From NCBI RefSeq assembly GCF_000315625.1, contig NW_005434673.1, forward strand, positions 1 through 64,000: a stretch of 64,000 bases of DNA. Reading direction: 5' to 3'. Of this stretch, positions 35,418 to 49,100 are shown piece by piece. The notes under the pieces are model-generated. The model was not told the DNA's origin, did no database searches, and worked only from the letters and a program-made list of their open reading frames with translations. A program made the position numbers and the translations under genes. Each line of letters opens with the position of its first letter. Position 1 is the first letter of the stretch. The DNA is from Guillardia theta CCMP2712 (lineage: Eukaryota > Protista > Cryptophyta).

Positions 35418-35800
35418 TGCCCCTGCCCCTGCCCCTGCCCCTGCCCCTGCCCCTGCCCCTGCCCCTGCCCCTGCCCCTGCCCCTGCCCCTGCCCCTGCCC
35501 CTGCCCCTGCCCCTACCCTGCCCCTGCCCATGCCCCTGCCCATGCCCCTGCCCATCCTCCTCCTGCTCCTCTCGTTCCTGCTCCTGCTGCTCCTGCTCGC
35601 TCCTGCTCGCTCCTGATCCTGCTCCTGATCCTGCTCCTGATCCTGCTCCTGCGCCTGCTCCTGCTGCTCCTGCTGCTCCTGCTGCTCCTGCTGCTCCTGC
35701 TGCTCCTGCTCTCCTGCTGCTCCTGCTCCTCCTGCTCCTCCTGCTCCTCCTGCTCCTCCTGCTCCTCCTGCTCCTGCTCCTCCTCTCGTTCCTGCTCCTG
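35418..35800. repeat. Compound microsatellite (CCCCTG)n, (CCTGCT)n, (CCTGCTGCT)n, (CCTGCTCCT)n
   Basis: Directly visible. Confidence 0.95.
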
Positions 35801-36379
35801 GTCCCGTTCCATCTCCCCGACTCAGCCATGAGGACGTGGCGAGGAGGTCTCAAGTATTTTTTTATATAGCGAGGGAGTTTTAAAGTCATAGTGGAACTCT
35901 GTATTACCCCCACCCATAAAATATTCAAAAAATCACAGGGATCGGAGGGGTCATACTGAGACTGGTCGTCTTTGCTCAAAAACTGTCCAAGCCCCGATGA
36001 ATAACGGAAACTGAAAGAGCTTGCAATGGTGTATCAGGGTTCGAGAGCGGGGATGGGTGGAGGGAAGGGAGGAGGAGAGAACAAGTTGAGAGGAGGAGAA
36101 GATCAGATCGACATACAAGGAGACGAGGAGACGAGAAGGGGTTGGGTGGATTGAAGATCAGAGGATTAGACTCGGGAACAATCGTGCGTGAAGATAGAGT
36201 AGGCAACGATGAGGTTGGAAGAACAGCTGGTGGCCCCTTGGTAAAAGATGAGGATTGGAATGATGCACAAGGAGTATCATGTTCAGCATTAGGACATGAA
36301 ATACAGGAACAGCAGGAAAGGAGGAGAAATGCTGCTCTAATATTCTTGTCTCCGAAGGTTCACCAAGACTGACGAGGGG

Positions 36380-39300
36380 ATGAAGACCAAGGTTTGTAGT
36401 TTGAAGTTCTTCATCGGAACGAGCACTGACATACGACATCAGGTGCAGCAGTACGTGGAGGGAGTTGGGGGGATCCGTCTTTGGGGTTTCAGCCCTTCGG
36501 AAGATCTGAGCAATATGGTCGATGGCAGCAAAGGTAAAAGACAGAAAAGAACCCCAAGAGTGTGATTGATGCTTGACAGATGATGTCCTCAACATCTTGA
36601 GCATGATGCCTGGAGATATCTGCAGTTTCCTGATGACAATTGCTCGGAGACATACGAAGAAAACTCAACAAGTGCAAAACTCTTTGGCTAACTCGCACAT
36701 TTTGATATGATTGGCTAGATCAATTATTACATCGTTGAACGCCAGCCCGAGGCACTGGCAAGATACATCTTACTCCTGTCAATATTCTTCGATGATGACC
36801 TGGGGCCAAGAGAATGTACTGAGATCTTCCTTGAGGTAAGACGACCTTATTCTTGTTTCAATCTCAACTCGAGAATCCTCTTTGCGTTTGCTCCAAGGCA
36901 GAAACATGTTGATTGAAAACCATTCATGTCGATCTTTCGGAATTAATTTGCGTTTGTTGTTTGTTTTGCAAAACAATTCGATTTATGTGCAAACGAAGAA
37001 TGAACTCCATGACAGATTTACGGCAACAACATGCTCAGGAAACAAACCAGCGCGTTTCTTCATTCGAAGGTCGCGTGCTTTCAATCTTTAAACCTTAGCG
37101 TAAATCAAAGAATCACTATGCTCTCAGGTTGAAGAATTGATCAAATTTCTAACCAACGGAGAAGGAAAACTTGCAGAATTTGTAGACATCACACAAATGA
37201 AATTCAAAGAAAGAGATGCGATAGAAAAAGTGACCAAACTGCTGCTTCTTTCACGATGCTTACGGACTGCAGGTATTCAAGACTTGGTATGAAAACATCG
37301 AGTGCAACATGGAAGAATGGAGGTGACTTGATCAGATCACTTGGGGCATAGCGATGACGCAATGAAAAGAGAAAAACGGCTGCGATCGTACTACGAGGAT
37401 CGCTTTGACTATAGGAAGAATCTCATCGACTGGGACTACAGGTCCCTCCCCCCACCCTCTCTTCCTCTTCCTCTTCCTCTTCCTCTTCCTCCTGTTTCTT
37501 GTCCATCTAAATGCTGTGCAGCATGAACGTCAAAGATTGGGCTGAAATCATTCACTCCAAATTGTTCCTGTGGTGGCGACAGGAAGGAATCGCCTACGAG
37601 ATCCGCGATAGCAAGTGAAGAACTCTTCCTCCTCCCCGTCACCGCCACCTAACCCCTCCTTCTGCCTCCCCTCTCGTCCCTGCTTCTCGCTCTTCTCCCG
37701 TCTCACCTCCTCCCTTCTCCTCTCGCCTATCTCCTCCTGCCTCCTTCCCTCTCCCCGCCCCGCTGCACCCAATCTCGTGTGGTCCTGACCTCTCTTCAAG
37801 GTATCCACAACCCAACAGGACGATGGCATCGTACGCAGAGGGGAAGGAGAAAGGGCACAGGCAAGAACCACAGCAGCTCGTGCTCGCTCGAACTTACGCG
37901 TATGGGCAGCAAGCTGAAGAGAGGGTACTGGGGGGACATCGTTCAGAGCCCCTACTGGTCCATTGGAGTTCATGCAGATGAGCAGAGGTAGGAAGGAGGC
38001 GGCGGTGGTTGTGAAGTGATGGAAAGATGCAAAGCCTGTACAAAAAGAGAAGTTTTCAGCACACCAAGACTTGTCAACACGTGGCTGAGTACAACATCTA
38101 CTCGTTACTCTTCGAGCTGTCGGCCAAGAAGCGCTACAAGGTTGGAGATCAGACGTCTCGCGCCCCTCACTCACCGCTGCTTTCAGATGCCCCAGGAGGA
38201 CTCGGAGATCCACGGGAGGAGCTTCTGGTCTGGCCTCTCCCACAGGTGCCCTTCCTCCTCCTGCTTCGAGGTCTGACCGTCTGCAGGGACGTGGAGAAGG
38301 TGGAGGAGGAGGGGGAGATCGAAAGCTTGCAGGATGATAGGATGGACACGCTCAGCACAGGCCGAGCACCAGAGAGCGGGACGAAGAGGGTTCCGCAAGG
38401 GATCAAGCTCGTTCTGCTGCAGGTGAGCTTCTGTTTGTTGTTCCCTTGCATGACGTGAGATGGGAAGGGGGAAAGCTTGGAGTTCATGAGGGGGAAGAAG
38501 AAATATGCTGAACTGTTCCACCTGGTCTTCCTCTCGAATCTTTGCCTGCAGATGCTGAAAGAGCCTCTTCCCGAGCTGCTCCACGAGAGGTGAAGGTCTA
38601 GGCGAGCGATCGCGCGATGACTCTTGACCTCAGGGCGACTCTTGTGGTTGAAGGGGCAGATTTCATGCTCAACTTTGACAAGAATGACCGCAAGGCTTTC
38701 AACGAGAAGATCAAGCAGCTGGGTAAGGAGCTCGGCATGGTCGAGGAGAGTGCCTTGCGCGACAAGTACAAGCTGTACAACGGCGTTCACTTCCCCCTTT
38801 ACTTCCTCAGCTACGACAAGGCGGCAGCCAAGGAAGTCCTGGAGCAGCGAGCAAGGAGGCAGCAGGAGGAGGGAGAGACGCTGCAGGCCTCGCTTGAGTC
38901 GACGCTGTCGCAGTCGAAGGAGGACGAGAGGCCAACGGCCGACGCGCTGGAGGGCCTGGAGGCTCTCGACCTGCAGGACAGGACGTACGAGGTTGACGCG
39001 ATGAATCGGCCGATCCTCCTGGACGGCAGCGCGCGCGGGTGGGAGCGGAGGACGTTGGTGCTGCTGGGGACTAAGACGAGCGTCGCTGCTGCTCCTGCTA
39101 AGGCCGGACCCTTCGGATTCTGCGCGGTGACGGGGCTGCCGGCCAAGTACAAAGACCCGCAGACTGGCCTGCCGTACGCCAACGTCGAAGCGTTCAAGGA
39201 GATCCGGAGGAGACACGCCGGCAGCACCGAGACCCAGGGAGAGCTGAGCGAGGCGGTAGAGACAGCCAATGTAGGGGAGGAGGAGGCGACAACGAGGGCA

Positions 39301-39408
39301 GAAGAGGCGGAAAAGAGGGAGGGGGAGGAGGAGGAGGAGGAGGCAGTGGAGCCTCTCATCTTCCAAAACCGACCCAAGTGGCGGCTGGGAGGCAGCTCTG
39401 TGCTGTGA
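36380..39408 (+). CDS. DNAAF3: Dynein axonemal assembly factor 3 (PF22-like) with a C-terminal YL1_C (Vps72/Ies6-type) domain
   Basis: GIRLWGFSPSEDL, IYGN, RLRSYYEDRFDYRKNLIDWDY, PNRTMAS, RGYWGDIVQSPY. The last exon continues in frame into CAVTGLPAKYKDPQTGLPYANVEAFKEIR. Confidence 0.88.
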
Positions 39409-39647
39409 AGGCGAAGCAGAGGAGGTGGAGGAGGCGAGTTCTATTTGTTACATGCAGTGCTTTACAAAGGAGGAAAAGGAATCTTCAGGTTGCGTGCACT
39501 GCAACAACTGGATCGCGCGACCGTCTGTAGAGTTGTCAGGAGCGGGAGGAGAGGAGAGGAGAGGCGTGGAGAGGAGAGGAGAGGAGAGAAGCGATGAAAA
39601 AAAAAAGAACGAGCAAAAGAGAAAAAGGAGAGGAAGGTGGGAAAGAT

Positions 39648-39815
39648 GAAGGGAGGGGATCAAGGAAGAGGAGGGAAGGAAGGAAAGACGAAGGGAGGGG
39701 ATCAAGGAAGCGAAGGGAAGGAAGGAAAGACGAAGGGAGGGGATCAAGGAAGAGAAGATGAAGGGAGGGGATCAAGGAAGAGAAGATGAAGGGAGGGGAT
39801 CAAGGAAGAGAAGGG
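39648..39815. repeat. Purine-rich tandem repeat with core GAAGGGAGGGGATCAAGGAAG, 5 copies (30-42 bp period)
   Basis: Directly visible. Confidence 0.85.
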
Positions 39816-42113
39816 AAGGAAGGAGAAGGAAAGTCACATCGGTCTCGCTTGTTGGTGATGTCTTCCATCGACCCGCAACTTCGCTCAGACACTGAGAGGT
39901 CAAACGTCGCGTCTCTCTCCGTCTGATCCGTCGCAATGCTGCTCAAAGAGATGTCGCTGAAGCTCAGCCCCAACATGACTCGCTTCCCTCCTCCTCCCCC
40001 TCCTCCTTCCCGTATCCCTCTTCGCCATGTAGCAATCAGAGGATTGCAAATGGCTCTCTTGCTCTTGACCTCCGTGTTGTGACGCTGTTGCTCTGGTGAT
40101 TTCCTCCTCTCCTCCTCCTGTACACGTCCGCGCACCTCCTTCACCTCCGCTCCCTCCTTCACCTGCTCACCCCGAGCATGTGCAAGAGTTTCCATCATCT
40201 CCTCCTGCACCTCTGCAAGTCTTTGGCGGTAGGGCGCGAGGGAAGAGGCTGGAAGTTCAACGAGGTCGAGGACTCTGCAGCCGTGGAGCTCGAAGGTGGA
40301 CCTGAGGTGGAGGAGGAGGACGCGGGGGGTGAAGGCGTCGCCAGCCTCGACGGAGAGGAGGACGAAGACGCAGACAACGCCGCGGAGCTTCACCAGCTCA
40401 ACGACCTCGAGAGAGTCGACGAGAACAAGCTTCGACGTCAACGCCTCTCGCAGCTGCCGCATAAAAACGTTCTTGTGCCACCTAGAAGCTGAGAAATCAA
40501 CATATCCAGGTGTCAAATCCAACCGCAGCAACTTGGTTGTCAAACTCGCGTGGCTGTCGCTCTCCGCGCCGTCGGTTGAGTCTGGGCAGCCCCCCGGACA
40601 AGGTCGGAGCGCGTGAAGAAATCTGCGGCGAGAGCTGGCGAGGTGGGAGGGATGGGCGGCGGAGTCCTCAGTCAAGTAGCGGATCCAGAAGTTCTTGATG
40701 ACTATCGACTCTCGTCGTGAGCGGAGGCAGACGAGGTGAGGGCCGTCTTGGAGCTTCTTCTCGAAGTTTCTCTGCAGCTTGTTGATCGTCTTCACGAGGT
40801 ACGCCAGCCTCTTCGCCTCCTTCTCTCGCTCTCTTGCCTTCTTCACCACTCGCTCAGTTCTCGCCATCACAGCTCTTCTCAGCTCCTCCTCTCCACAGTT
40901 GTCGCGGCTCAACCTCAAACTTTCGCCGTTGCTGACCATCAGCCCTGGAGTCCTGCAGATGTTCAGCTCTTCCAGGTCCGTCACTCCTGCCACACACAAC
41001 CCGACGAGCTGACCATCTTCAAAGTTTCCTTCAAGACTTTCACAACCACATCTGCGTCTGCTCATCTTCACTCCTGCTCCATGCGCGCGATCCCACAGGA
41101 AGTTTGCGATGACAGTCGTGCCTTCCTTGCTCCGCTCGATGCCTGAAGCTCGACATCAACGAGGAAAGAACAAGCCCTTGGGTCTCACCTGCTCCGTTCA
41201 ACATCCCGTCCACCCACTCTCCTGCTCGCTCCCGACCTGCTTCTGTCCACTGTCCTGTCCCGCTCCTCCTTCCATGCAGGAATTCACCCGTGTAGACAAT
41301 CTGAGCTGATGAGGACGATTTTCTCCTCCTGGGGACCCACCAGCTCACTACGCTGGGACAAGACCGAAAGCTGCTGATCCGCCAAGTCGCCTCCTCCTCA
41401 TCGTACGAGACAGCAAGCCGTCCCTGCCGGGCGAGAGAAGCACCTGCGAGCATCTCAGACAAACATCGCAAGTCAGACGAGGATCACTGTCGTCAAACTT
41501 CATGCACCCCAGAACTTCAGGTTGTCCATCATTACCGATGAAGCCTGAGTACGTGACTCCTGCTAACGTGTCACGAGGCTATCCCTTTCTCCTCATCCCC
41601 TTCCTCCTCCTCCTGTACCTGGCAGAATTTCCATCTCCACAACCCACGGCAGCGCATCCGAACTCGTGCTGATGGCTGCGAGTTTGAAACTTTCATGGTC
41701 CTCATGATCCCTCCCTTCTTCAACCTAGAGTTCCTGCCTCCTGCTACCTATACCCTCCTCTCCTGCTCCCTCCTCTCCGCTGACATTCACTGTGAAAGTC
41801 TTCAAGACAACAATGTCCTGCACGCAAGTGATGGCATTCAACTATTTGCATCTTTCCTCCTTCTCCCTGCTCTCCTGCTCTCCTGCTCTCCTCCTTTCCC
41901 CATGCTCTCCCCTCCCTCCCTCCCTCCCTCCCTGCCTCCCTGCCTCTCCTCTCCTCTCCTCTCCTCTTCTCTCCTCTTCTCTCCTCTTCTCTCCCTCCCT
42001 CCCTCCCTCCCTCTCCTCTTCTCTCCTCTTCTCTCCTCTTCTCTCTCTCCCTCCCTCCCTCCCTCCCTCTATCCTGCATCTCGTCTCGCCATACCGTCGG
42101 GCGCCTCGGCCAT
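39800..42113 (-). CDS. MORN-repeat-containing protein, spliced (ends approximate)
   Basis: YTGEFLHGRRSGTGQW, AGEWVDGMLNGAG, ANFLWDRAHGAGV, LEGNFEDGQLVG. Confidence 0.65.
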
Positions 42114-42509
42114 TGATGCTGTAGGTCCTCCTTGAATCGATTGAATCCGGACCATCGGGAGCTTTTGAATCCCCTCGAATTTAAGGTTAAAATTTTAATG
42201 CAACGATTATTAGCGGGAAGTCAAGAACAAGACGAGAAAACAGTGAGGAAACTAACAAGAGAGAAGAGAGATCAGAAACAAGAGAAGAAGACGAAGAAAC
42301 ACCATGAGCAGAAGCAGAGGAAGATTAAATCCTATTGCGCATACTTTGGTGAATGACTTCCATGGAAGTCATCCGAAATTCATTTTAACAGAACTTAAAA
42401 AGAATAAAAATTGATCCTAGAATGTCCATTCATGATTCGCCTCGTCACGACTTGCAGGACTGGCAAACTCCCCCCCTGGTTGTTTTGCAATCAACCACAA
42501 CTGATATTC

Positions 42510-45442
42510 TCAAAGAGCGAGAGCAAGACCAGATATCGAACGTTGTGGATCATGCTGCAACAAGAAATCTTTCAAACAGAAATGTATCACTTTCACAGAT
42601 GTAATCAATGTTCGGAGGAGCAAAACAATAAAATTTCTGCATGTCTCTATCAATGAGGAAAAGACAATCAACCTGTACGAAGCCAATTCCTTCCAATACC
42701 CTCTGTGATCAGAGTTAGGCAAGTACAGCACCAATTGAGCATACCTCCAAACTGTTGGATCTCATTGCCCAGGAAGTTTCCAGGGTTGAGCCAGCCAAGA
42801 CCGTCCTGAAGGAAAGCTTGTGTCAGGACCAAAGAGGGTAGAAAAGTCAAAACTTCACGTTGTTGTTTTGCTCGCGAGGCCTGCTATCCATTCGCTCTGA
42901 GAACAAAAGATTACAAGTACTTTCTCGGCATCAGCTCCTCCTACCTGCTGCATCAGGACGGAAAAGATGAAAACTTTCGTTCTCAACCTTGGACCCCTGG
43001 ACACTATCAGCTGGACAGGAAGCACTCTGTATCACCTCCACTGCTTGGAGATTCCTCGCTCTCTCTCTCTCCATCTCTTTCCTGATTTGTTTCTCTCGCC
43101 AGGCTCGAATGAGCTGAGATCATAGTCAGGCAACGCACGCGCAGCTTCAAGTCTTTAGTACATCCGACAAGCCACTTGACATGGCGTTGAACTCCTCGTA
43201 GATGGAGACCTTGTTTGAGGATGAGCTCTAGATGTCAGCTCCTCCCTCCTGACCCACCTCACACGTGTAGAACTTCCAGCGGAAGACCGACGTCTTGAGC
43301 AGACCGTCTTGCTGACGAGGGAAGAGAGTCTGGTTGTGCGCTCCGTAGACCTGAAAGGGGTGAGGAAGGAAGAAACATCGAAGCTAAGGACGTCACCAGC
43401 TCCGCGTGCAACCGCACTCTGCAGATCTCGGAGGGGAGAGGCTTTTCTTTGAAGTTGTAAATCTAGAGCAGGAGATTAACGGCTGCAGCAAGCACTCCCT
43501 TTGCATTCACAAGAGTGTTAGTCTTGGAATCATACTCGGGGTCCTCCAACTCGTGGCCCCTACATCAGACATCATGGCGACGTCGAAATTTGCTGTTCGA
43601 CCGACCTGACTGTCACCCAATTCTTCGCAGAGCACGAGGGGCTCAGAGGGAAATTGAAGCTAGACGAGAGGACATCGTCAGAAGAGCAGACGGAGAGGAA
43701 AGAAACCTGATCGCAATCACACAAGTCCCACAGGCTACTCTTGAGTGCGGCCGCGGGTATATGGCAGAGATACGCAAAGGCTCGTAACCCTCTGGAGTGA
43801 AAACCATCACGACAGCCCCATCGAAATCTCCCTGTTCACAACCTGTGAAGAAATCCCAACTCAGCACGCCGTGTATGTTCTCTCGTGCTCGACTATGTCT
43901 CAGGTTTCCAAACTCTGCGCCATTCTTTCCCTTGTTGAGCGTGACCTTCACGTGCTGGTCAGATGTAACTTTTCACTTTGGAATCATCTTCTCACAAGAA
44001 TTCTTGACCCGCGGGGGAAATTTCTGTACAGAAATGTCAACATGTAACGTTACTTTCCGCCTGAAGCCTGCTGACCTCAAAGGCGTCCAAGTGACAGTGA
44101 ATTGTCTAAGGTCCACAAAGACTCTGCCCCTCAACTCTTCTCGGTTATTACCGTTACATGCAAAGACTTCGAAGTCTGCGTCCGTGATCTTTCACCAACG
44201 TCAAGGAACAGCAAACGTGTTTTTGACTTTGTGTTTCACCGCTTGCACGTCTGGCCCGCCAAGCATTTGACCCCAGAAGTGATTCTCACTTTGCTGCTCA
44301 AATTCATCAGAAGATTTAGTTCATCAGCTTCTCCCTCCAGACCTCGGGTGCTTCAAAGCAAACAACAAGCTTGTCCCCAACCTTCACATCCATCTGATCG
44401 CTACAGTTGTGTGAGCAAAATCGTATCGAATCCATTGTAAACAATAGCTTAACCGTTGTGGAGTGAAGCTTTGTACGAATCTGCTCAGATGTCGTCCAGT
44501 CTCGCTTAAGTCCAACGCATGTAAAACGCTTGGCTTCGAGGAATGGATGTGAATAAAACCGAATAAGAAATCTGAAGTCAACCTTTTGTATGTTGTATTC
44601 CCTCAAAGTGTGATGATTCTACGAGACAAGATCAAGATCGAATCTCCCATCATCTTCATGACCTGCAACTCTCGGCCAGCAAACACCAAACGAATTTCTT
44701 CAGGACATCTTTCTCCCTGACAAGTTGTCTCCGCGTCAAAGTCTCCATGAGAGACAAATCCTTCAAACATACCGGAAGGAAGGACAGCTCTTCTTTGAGA
44801 TCCTCGATATAGAATTCAGCTCCACAAAGAATCATTCTGATCTTCTCATCTCCATCACTATCTCCTTTGCTCCGGATGTAGATTGGCTGTGCAATCATGT
44901 CATTCTTCATACACAACAGCATCGAAACTCACTCTCCCGCGGAAAGGATCATCGTTCAAAACAAGGTGCAAAACACCGCCATCTTTCATTCCAACCTGAC
45001 GCCACAATCACTGGAACAGGAAACGAGCTATCTTGAAGCTTTGCCTCCGTCAGGGTCATCCCTGGATGCAGCAGGTGTCCTATAGCACTATGAGACGACA
45101 TCTCAAAACAATTCCGTCACACCTTTGTAGATGAAGAACTTGTGATGAAACTGAGCTTCGGCCGCGCTGTCGATGGAGCTAGCAGGCATCAGGGACCGAT
45201 GGCAGTGATCTAGTAATCACCTCGACACCTCAAGGAGGGTCGTATCCGACGGCAGTTCCACCGGCTCCAGCATTCCTGACAATGAGATCAGAGAAGGCAA
45301 TAAGAGCCCCATGCCCACCTCCCCAGTTGATACAAAAGCGAACAGAGTCTTCCTCATAGTAGTCAACAAGGGGTGTACTCAAGCTCAGGCTTTGCAGTCC
45401 TTCAATATAGAACCCTTCTGGTTCTATCGCAGAAAAGCTCAT
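42510..45442 (-). CDS. Multi-exon protein with two N-terminal ubiquitin-like domains (3' end uncertain)
   Basis: Manual splicing gives FFIYKGHLLHPGMTLTEAKLQDSS and PEEIRLVFAGRELQNHHTLREYNIQK, resembling ubiquitin's [21 protein letters not shown]. Confidence 0.65.
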
Positions 45443-46143
45443 ACTGTTCGTTGTGCGTGGTTCGGTTCAGAAGTCATTTAGGGGACGTGAGATAGGTCAA
45501 TAAGTATCCATATGGTGGCGGCATGATCAACCAGGCTGAAAAGAAGCTTGTCAATGAAAACATGATGCGAATGATTTCCTGCTGTCCTCATTTCAATTCT
45601 CACCTCCTTCACTCTCCTCCTGTCCTTTCTTTCTTGATCTCTCTTGCCCTCCCTGTCCTCTCTTCATGTTCCTCCACCACTCACTCTCCTCTCCTTCTCC
45701 GCTCTCTGTCTCTCCTCTCCTTCCTCTCTGTTTCTTCTCTCTCATTCCTCCCTTGCCATTTTCGCAATTCCTGCCTCTCCGAACCCCGAGTCATCGCACG
45801 TACCTACCCCCTCCGATTCCTCCTACTACCTCACCATGTTTGAGCAGTTAGTATGTAGGTAGGGTGGGTAGTAAAGGTGGTCAGAGGTAGGTGGGGTAAT
45901 GAATCTGTCGGGTGCAAGGGATTAGGAACAGGGCATGCAAGCATACAAGCGTGTGAAAAGAAGACGGTGAGAAGATGAAGAAGAGAAGAACAAGACAAGA
46001 CAGACATGAGAGCTTCAACATGAGAGAATGAGAACATAAAAACAGTCATGAGGCCGGAAGAAACATGCTGGCCCCGTGAATCCCGCACAAAGTCCATGTT
46101 GACGAAATGCTGATTTTGTGGTTTCTTCACCGTGCACCTGTGC

Positions 46144-49100
46144 ATGACAAACATACCGAAGCTTTATGCTGTTCTTTCAATCCTCTCACTTGTCTGTGTC
46201 CACTGTGATTCCCATGAAATATCTTTCGGCCTTGACAAGGACGAATTGCTCAAACAAGGAGTGAAAGGCTGGAAGATTGTGAGTTCCGAAGGAAGGCAAG
46301 TGAGTGTCTTGAGCATCGATGCGGTTTGGGACGGAGTAGAAGTCGTGGAAGACACAGCAGACGAGTGGTACTTTAGTCCGCCCCCTAAACTTTACCATGG
46401 CTTCAGCGAAGCTTACGGGAAAATTCTCAAGTGGGAACTGGTTCACAGAAATTTCCCCAACAAGTTTGAAAGTTTCTTATTCGCACATGATCTCATCATC
46501 CGAGGTAAAGGCCTGTCCATCTCCTTCTCCGGGGCTGTGGATCCCCTCAAGTTCAAGACCAATGCCCAAGCATGGATACATGAAAGCGCCGGATGGAAGG
46601 TGCGGTACGACGTGGAAAAGCAATGGCAAGATGCAAAGGCAGAAGATATTCAGCAAGCGTTGCAGAATGTGCGAGGGTTATTGTTTCGAGGAGGCTTCTA
46701 CGAGGCTTCAGAAGTTACTGTGTTGGTCTCCTTCCAAGTGGAAGGGTTGCAGAAAATGCATCAGAGTATCGACAAGAATCCGACCGGCCAAGAGCAGTTA
46801 GTCGAGAACAAGGTTGAAAGCAGGGTGAATGAGAAGAAAGAGAGGAAATCTGATAAGGAGTTGAGATCAGAGAGTGCGAAGGAAAAGAAAATTCAATCAT
46901 CGCCCCATCTGAAAGCCCATCAAGAAGTTCCCCGGCGCGAAATCGTTGAGGAGGAGGGAGTCTGGATTCCCGCGAGAGATCCTGTGAAGGGAAAGACTTA
47001 CTTCTGGAATAGCGTCACGAAGCAAAGCGTGTGGAAGCTCCCAGAAGGAGCCAAAGTCAAAGAGAAGGGAAATGAAGTCAGAATGAAAGCAGATCAAGCA
47101 CGGCACAGAGGAGATGAAGTAAAAAAGAAGAACGAACATCAGGTTCAGTCGTCAACGAGTTCAGCTGAGAAACTCTCTGATCAGCGTGATTTCAGTGACC
47201 AAGAGGTCTCGATTCTGGTTGAAATCGCGAGCAAACAGCATGTTGTACAAGCACGAGTCCTTACAACAAAGGGAGTGATCGCTGTGACAAGCAGACATCT
47301 TATCATCGTCGAGTCTAATTGCCTGTATCGGGTTGATCTTCGTGAATTGAATCACATTCATTTCTCTTTCGGTGAGGATGGGAAAATTGTACCACACGTG
47401 GAGATGAATCGAATACAGCAGACAGTCTTTTCTTCTGCCCTGTCCAAAGAGAAATCTTGTGAACAGTTTATCAAGCTTGTTTTGCGTAACAAGAAGAGTT
47501 TGCAATCGCCCAACTACAAACCATTCATAAATCCTCGTTCGGCAGCGTCAAGATCAATTTGTAAAGGGTCTTCCGATGATTGCAGAGCGCAAAGCTTGTT
47601 CGAGCATGCAGAAGCTTCAGGAGAAGCTTCAATCTATCATTTTTGCTTTGATACCAAACTGAGTGCAGTTAACATTGTGGTCCAGGAGGAGATCAAATAT
47701 GAATTTAAGACGCTTGAAGCGGATTCCTCGATTGGCGAGCAGACGGGCAAAGGTACTCCCACGTCACAACCACATTCTCATCAAAAGACAGCAAAGAAAA
47801 CTTCAAGTCCCTCCCATGGCAAGAAGAGCATCAAGAAGGAATTTGAAGATTTTGAGGGAGAAGAGATAAAAATACATGAGGAATTGAAGTCCGACAAGGA
47901 AAAGAAAGCTAGAGAGAGAATGGTCAAGGAAGGAAACGACAGACCGCCATCAGAGAGGGTCAAGGCACATTCTGAACCTCCAACGGCCAGCAGGTTTGAA
48001 TCTCAGCCAAGAGATCTGCATCGCGCTCATCAGAGTGAAGAAGAGAGCACCGAGGATAGTTCTGGTCACATTGACTGGAATAGCTGGGATGGGGATGACA
48101 ACCTGCGTCATAAAGCAGTCAAAGTTGACAAGGAGAAACGCGGCAACGACCACGAGCCGGTTACCAGGGACTTTGAAATAGAGCGTGAGAGATTGTTCCA
48201 AGGTGATGACGTGGCTGAGGGATTCCATGGACGTCAAAACACAGTCTCTTCAATCGATACAGCAAGAGAAGATCTTTCATTACACGACGAGCGGTCCTTC
48301 CCTCAAATGCATCAGAGTGCTCACCAGCTGGGCAGAGCGCGAAATCATGATCTGCATGATCATCCGGAGATAATGCATGAATATCATCCTCATCCTCATC
48401 CTCATCCTCATCCTCATCCTCATCCTCATCCTCATCCTCATGGTCATGATGCCGCTCAGGATACGATTCAAGACGGCAGGCATCGATTGCTCCATTCAAA
48501 TTCGAATTCGAACCCGATGGCATCGAAACATGCAGGGGAGGAGGCTCCTTCTTCTCCTCTTAAGAAGCTGAAGGCCCAGTACCTGAGGGACATCACCGCT
48601 GGCGTAGAAGGGCTGCAAGAGGCCATGGCGTTCTCCAGCTCAGAGTTCGTTTGGTTTTCTGCTGGAGAGTTGAGAGTTGAAAAATTGTCTAAGATGGGGC
48701 CGTTGAGGGCGAAAGATGGTCAGTTCATGCAGCTGGACTTTGAAGGCAGCGTGCCCATCCTTCTGAATCTGCTGGAATTCAAGGAGCATGATCTCTCCTC
48801 CTTCTTCCCTGGACTGAACGAGGCGCTCATGAGGAACAGACCAAGTCTCTTCTCTCATTCCCCTCCTCCTCGCAAGCCTCAGTCCTCGCTCCAGAGCCCC
48901 GAGGAGCGCTCGTCACAGAGTGCAGAGGTGAGCAGCAACAGTCCTCTGATGAGCCCCAAGGAGGAGGGAGAGAGTAGTGGAGCCAAGTTAGAGATGGAGA
49001 AGCAGCTGGCGGGACAGGAGGTGCTCAAGAGGCTGGATGGAATCGCTCAGTGCATCGCCCTCACAGCAGAGGAGCTAGTAGTAACCTCGGGCTCTTCTCA

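Noticed and set aside
41695-42135. Leu/Ser/Pro-rich plus-strand ORFs
   Set aside because: Translations of a CT-rich intronic microsatellite of the minus-strand MORN gene.
44180-44235. In-frame TGA codons suggesting recoding or a pseudogene
   Set aside because: They fall inside a plausible intron (GCG|GTGAAA...GAAAG|ATC).
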